Assembly (NCBI GenBank): GCA_013265495.1
Contig: MU058540.1
Span: 3,001,696 to 3,065,695, forward strand
Origin: Vicugna vicugna
Lineage: Eukaryota
Length of the DNA stretch: 64,000 nucleotides
Direction of reading: 5' to 3'
The first letter of the stretch is position 1, and every line of letters starts with the position of its first letter. A program made the translations under genes and the position numbers. Positions 62,100 through 64,000 of this stretch are shown here, in pieces. The notes below the pieces were generated by a model that was not told the DNA's origin, searched no databases, and worked only from the letters and a program-made list of their open reading frames with translations.

Positions 62100-62830
62100 T
62101 GTACTTATCCTGTCTTCACTGTGAGAAAGCGCTTTACAGTAGACATCTGCCTTCTGACCACTTAGTCCAGGTTTCCTGACATCTGCCCTTCCTGACTTCC
62201 TGCCTTGCCCCGTAGAAAGTCACACCCCACCATCTACACCTGACAACGCCATCTATACCTCCATACACTTTCCATGTCCAAATCCTGTCAGTCTACCCCT
62301 CTCCTTTTCTTTCTCCCCCACGCTGGCCTCCCTAACCCAGGTTTGTTCTGGTCTGAATCCCTGTAAAGCCCCCTAACTCAGGTTGCTGTGTTTTCCCTTG
62401 AAACACAGCTTTCATCAAACTTAGCTCCCACTCCCAGGAGCACTTTAAACGGCTTCCTTTTGCCTGGATTCTGATTTAGCTTTGTCAACGGGAACCTTAA
62501 AGTCAGGCTCATCCACAGCCTCATCTAGTTATAGCCCCTTGCTAACTACACCCAGAAAAAGTGGGGTTTTCTTCCTCTTAGAAAGAACCCCTCAGAAGGA
62601 ACCCCTCACCTTCCTTCTGAAACTTACTCTCACAAACCTCCTCCTCCCTGTGTTTCTCCAGCTGTATGTTTTTCTTTCTGAACCGGACTGTGTGTCCACC
62701 ATTAGGCATTTCACTCTGCCTTAATGTAGGACTACATTGTGTTGTCTTGCATTGTTTTGTATCTTCCACAGCACCAGCTATGGTGATATACATATAGGAA
62801 ATGGTCAGTGATTGTTTTTAAGTAATTGAA
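62100..62830 (+). mobile_element. Degenerate L2 fragment(s)
   Basis: Pyrimidine-rich L2-like motifs, ending ttgtatcttccacagcaccagctatggtg...cagtgattgttt. Confidence 0.5.
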
Positions 62831-62849
62831 CAATTTCCCCAAGAAATTG

Positions 62850-63290
62850 AAGTGAAAATAGGTCAGTTAAAGCGTTAGACCCCTAGGGAACTGAGCGGAA
62901 GCAAATGTAAAACAGCTCTATAACTATATTTCCACGACCCAGGGTTCACAGGGACACCAAGAAGAAGAAAAACAAAAAAATCCTCGTGATAAAATAATTA
63001 CAAACCACTCAAAAACACATTTCATCATGAGTGTGAATGGGCAGAACAAGAGGATTAACACTGCTGGGAATTTGACATAATAGAACAATCTGAAAGAAAC
63101 TTTAAGGAGAAAACTGTAATTTTAAAAATAAAGACAAAGATAAAGAATAGAAAGTACTAAAAAAAAAAGAAAGGAAAGGACATTGTGGGGAAAAAAAGGG
63201 GTATATTTGAAAAGGAATCAAACAGATCATCTAGAAATGAAAAATACACTCACTGAAATGATTGAATGAAAATCTTGCTCAGCATTCACT
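62850..63290 (+). mobile_element. Old L1 (L1ME-type) ORF1-region remnant
   Basis: A-rich sequence with aaaggaatcaaacagatcatctagaaatgaaaaatac, resembling the L1 ORF1 motif KKNQxEILEMKN. Confidence 0.5.
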
Positions 63291-64000
63291 CTATTGAGCA
63301 ACTTGGCAGTGTGTACTTAGAGCTATAAAGCAGTTAGTTCTGGGCTGGATAGTACCCCTCTGTGCTGCCATTACCCTCTGTGTTTGTCACCTTACAGGGA
63401 ACTGTGGCTGCCTGCTTTCCTGTCAGTCTCCCCTGTTAGACTGTTGTAAAGAAGATGGGTTCATCTGGATGCAGGCTCCCTGTTTACTAGTTGTGGGTGA
63501 GAACATTCTGGCTGCTGCCTCTGGTATGCCTAGGGTATGGGTGGGTAGCACTGGCCTTCCTTATGTTCTGAAAACCTGGGGTCCTGTATCCACCTTAACT
63601 CAGGAAACACCTCTTGTCCTAATTATGATGTCCTAATTAGGTGAAAACAAGGTACATTGTAACTGTCATCATCTTGGGAATTCTGGCATATCATATAGGT
63701 CACCAGATGTATTGACATGAGAGATTATTAAAACTTCTTGGAGAAACATGAAAGACAATTTGGGGCTAATAGTCCCAAGGCCTTGGGATGAAACCTATAA
63801 GAATGAAGAGGGAAAATGCGGCCTCTACACTCTGGGAGGACGTGGCGTGTCACAGTGAGCACAGTACTCGCCCCAGGGTCAGAAAGGGTCAGATGCCTAG
63901 CTGGTGTTCTGCTCTATCATCCTCTTCTTGGTGGAGAAAGGTGAGTCCATCTAAATCTCTTATGCCCATGTCTGTTTGTCCTGAGTGTGGGGAGAAGTTC

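Noticed and set aside
63615..63641. TGTCCTAATTA direct repeat whose second copy forms a CArG-type palindrome CCTAATTAGG
   Set aside because: A single 10-bp motif is expected by chance in 64 kb and has no supporting context.

Overview
Mammalian genomic DNA. It is probably camelid, inferred from a ~120-nt tRNA-derived SINE resembling Vic-1 and from artiodactyl-type L1 ends. The window covers the conserved C6orf89-PI16-MTCH1 locus. It contains the last five coding exons and long 3' UTR of C6orf89 (+), the complete PI16 gene (+; 6 coding exons, 461 aa, plus a non-coding last exon), and the complete MTCH1 gene (-; 12 coding exons, 389/372 aa isoforms) with its CpG-island promoter. I traced all exons by hand, and their splice phases are consistent. 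The rest is intronic or intergenic DNA with L1, L2, MIR, hAT (MER3/MER20) and SINE copies. I found no new protein-coding system; most short ORFs in the track are noise. The most interesting observations are: (1) a 352-bp TSD-flanked retroelement made of an L1 5' end fused directly to an L1 3' end; (2) a near-perfect ~58-bp inverted repeat pair bracketing ~1.6 kb upstream of PI16; (3) an overlapping +4 splice donor at MTCH1 exon 7 that would create an NMD substrate; (4) a GC-AG intron 18 nt after the PI16 stop codon; (5) a perfect 16-bp CLEAR/E-box palindrome at the MTCH1 start. Gene and repeat-family names come from recalled sequence similarity, not database searches, and repeat boundaries without TSDs are approximate.
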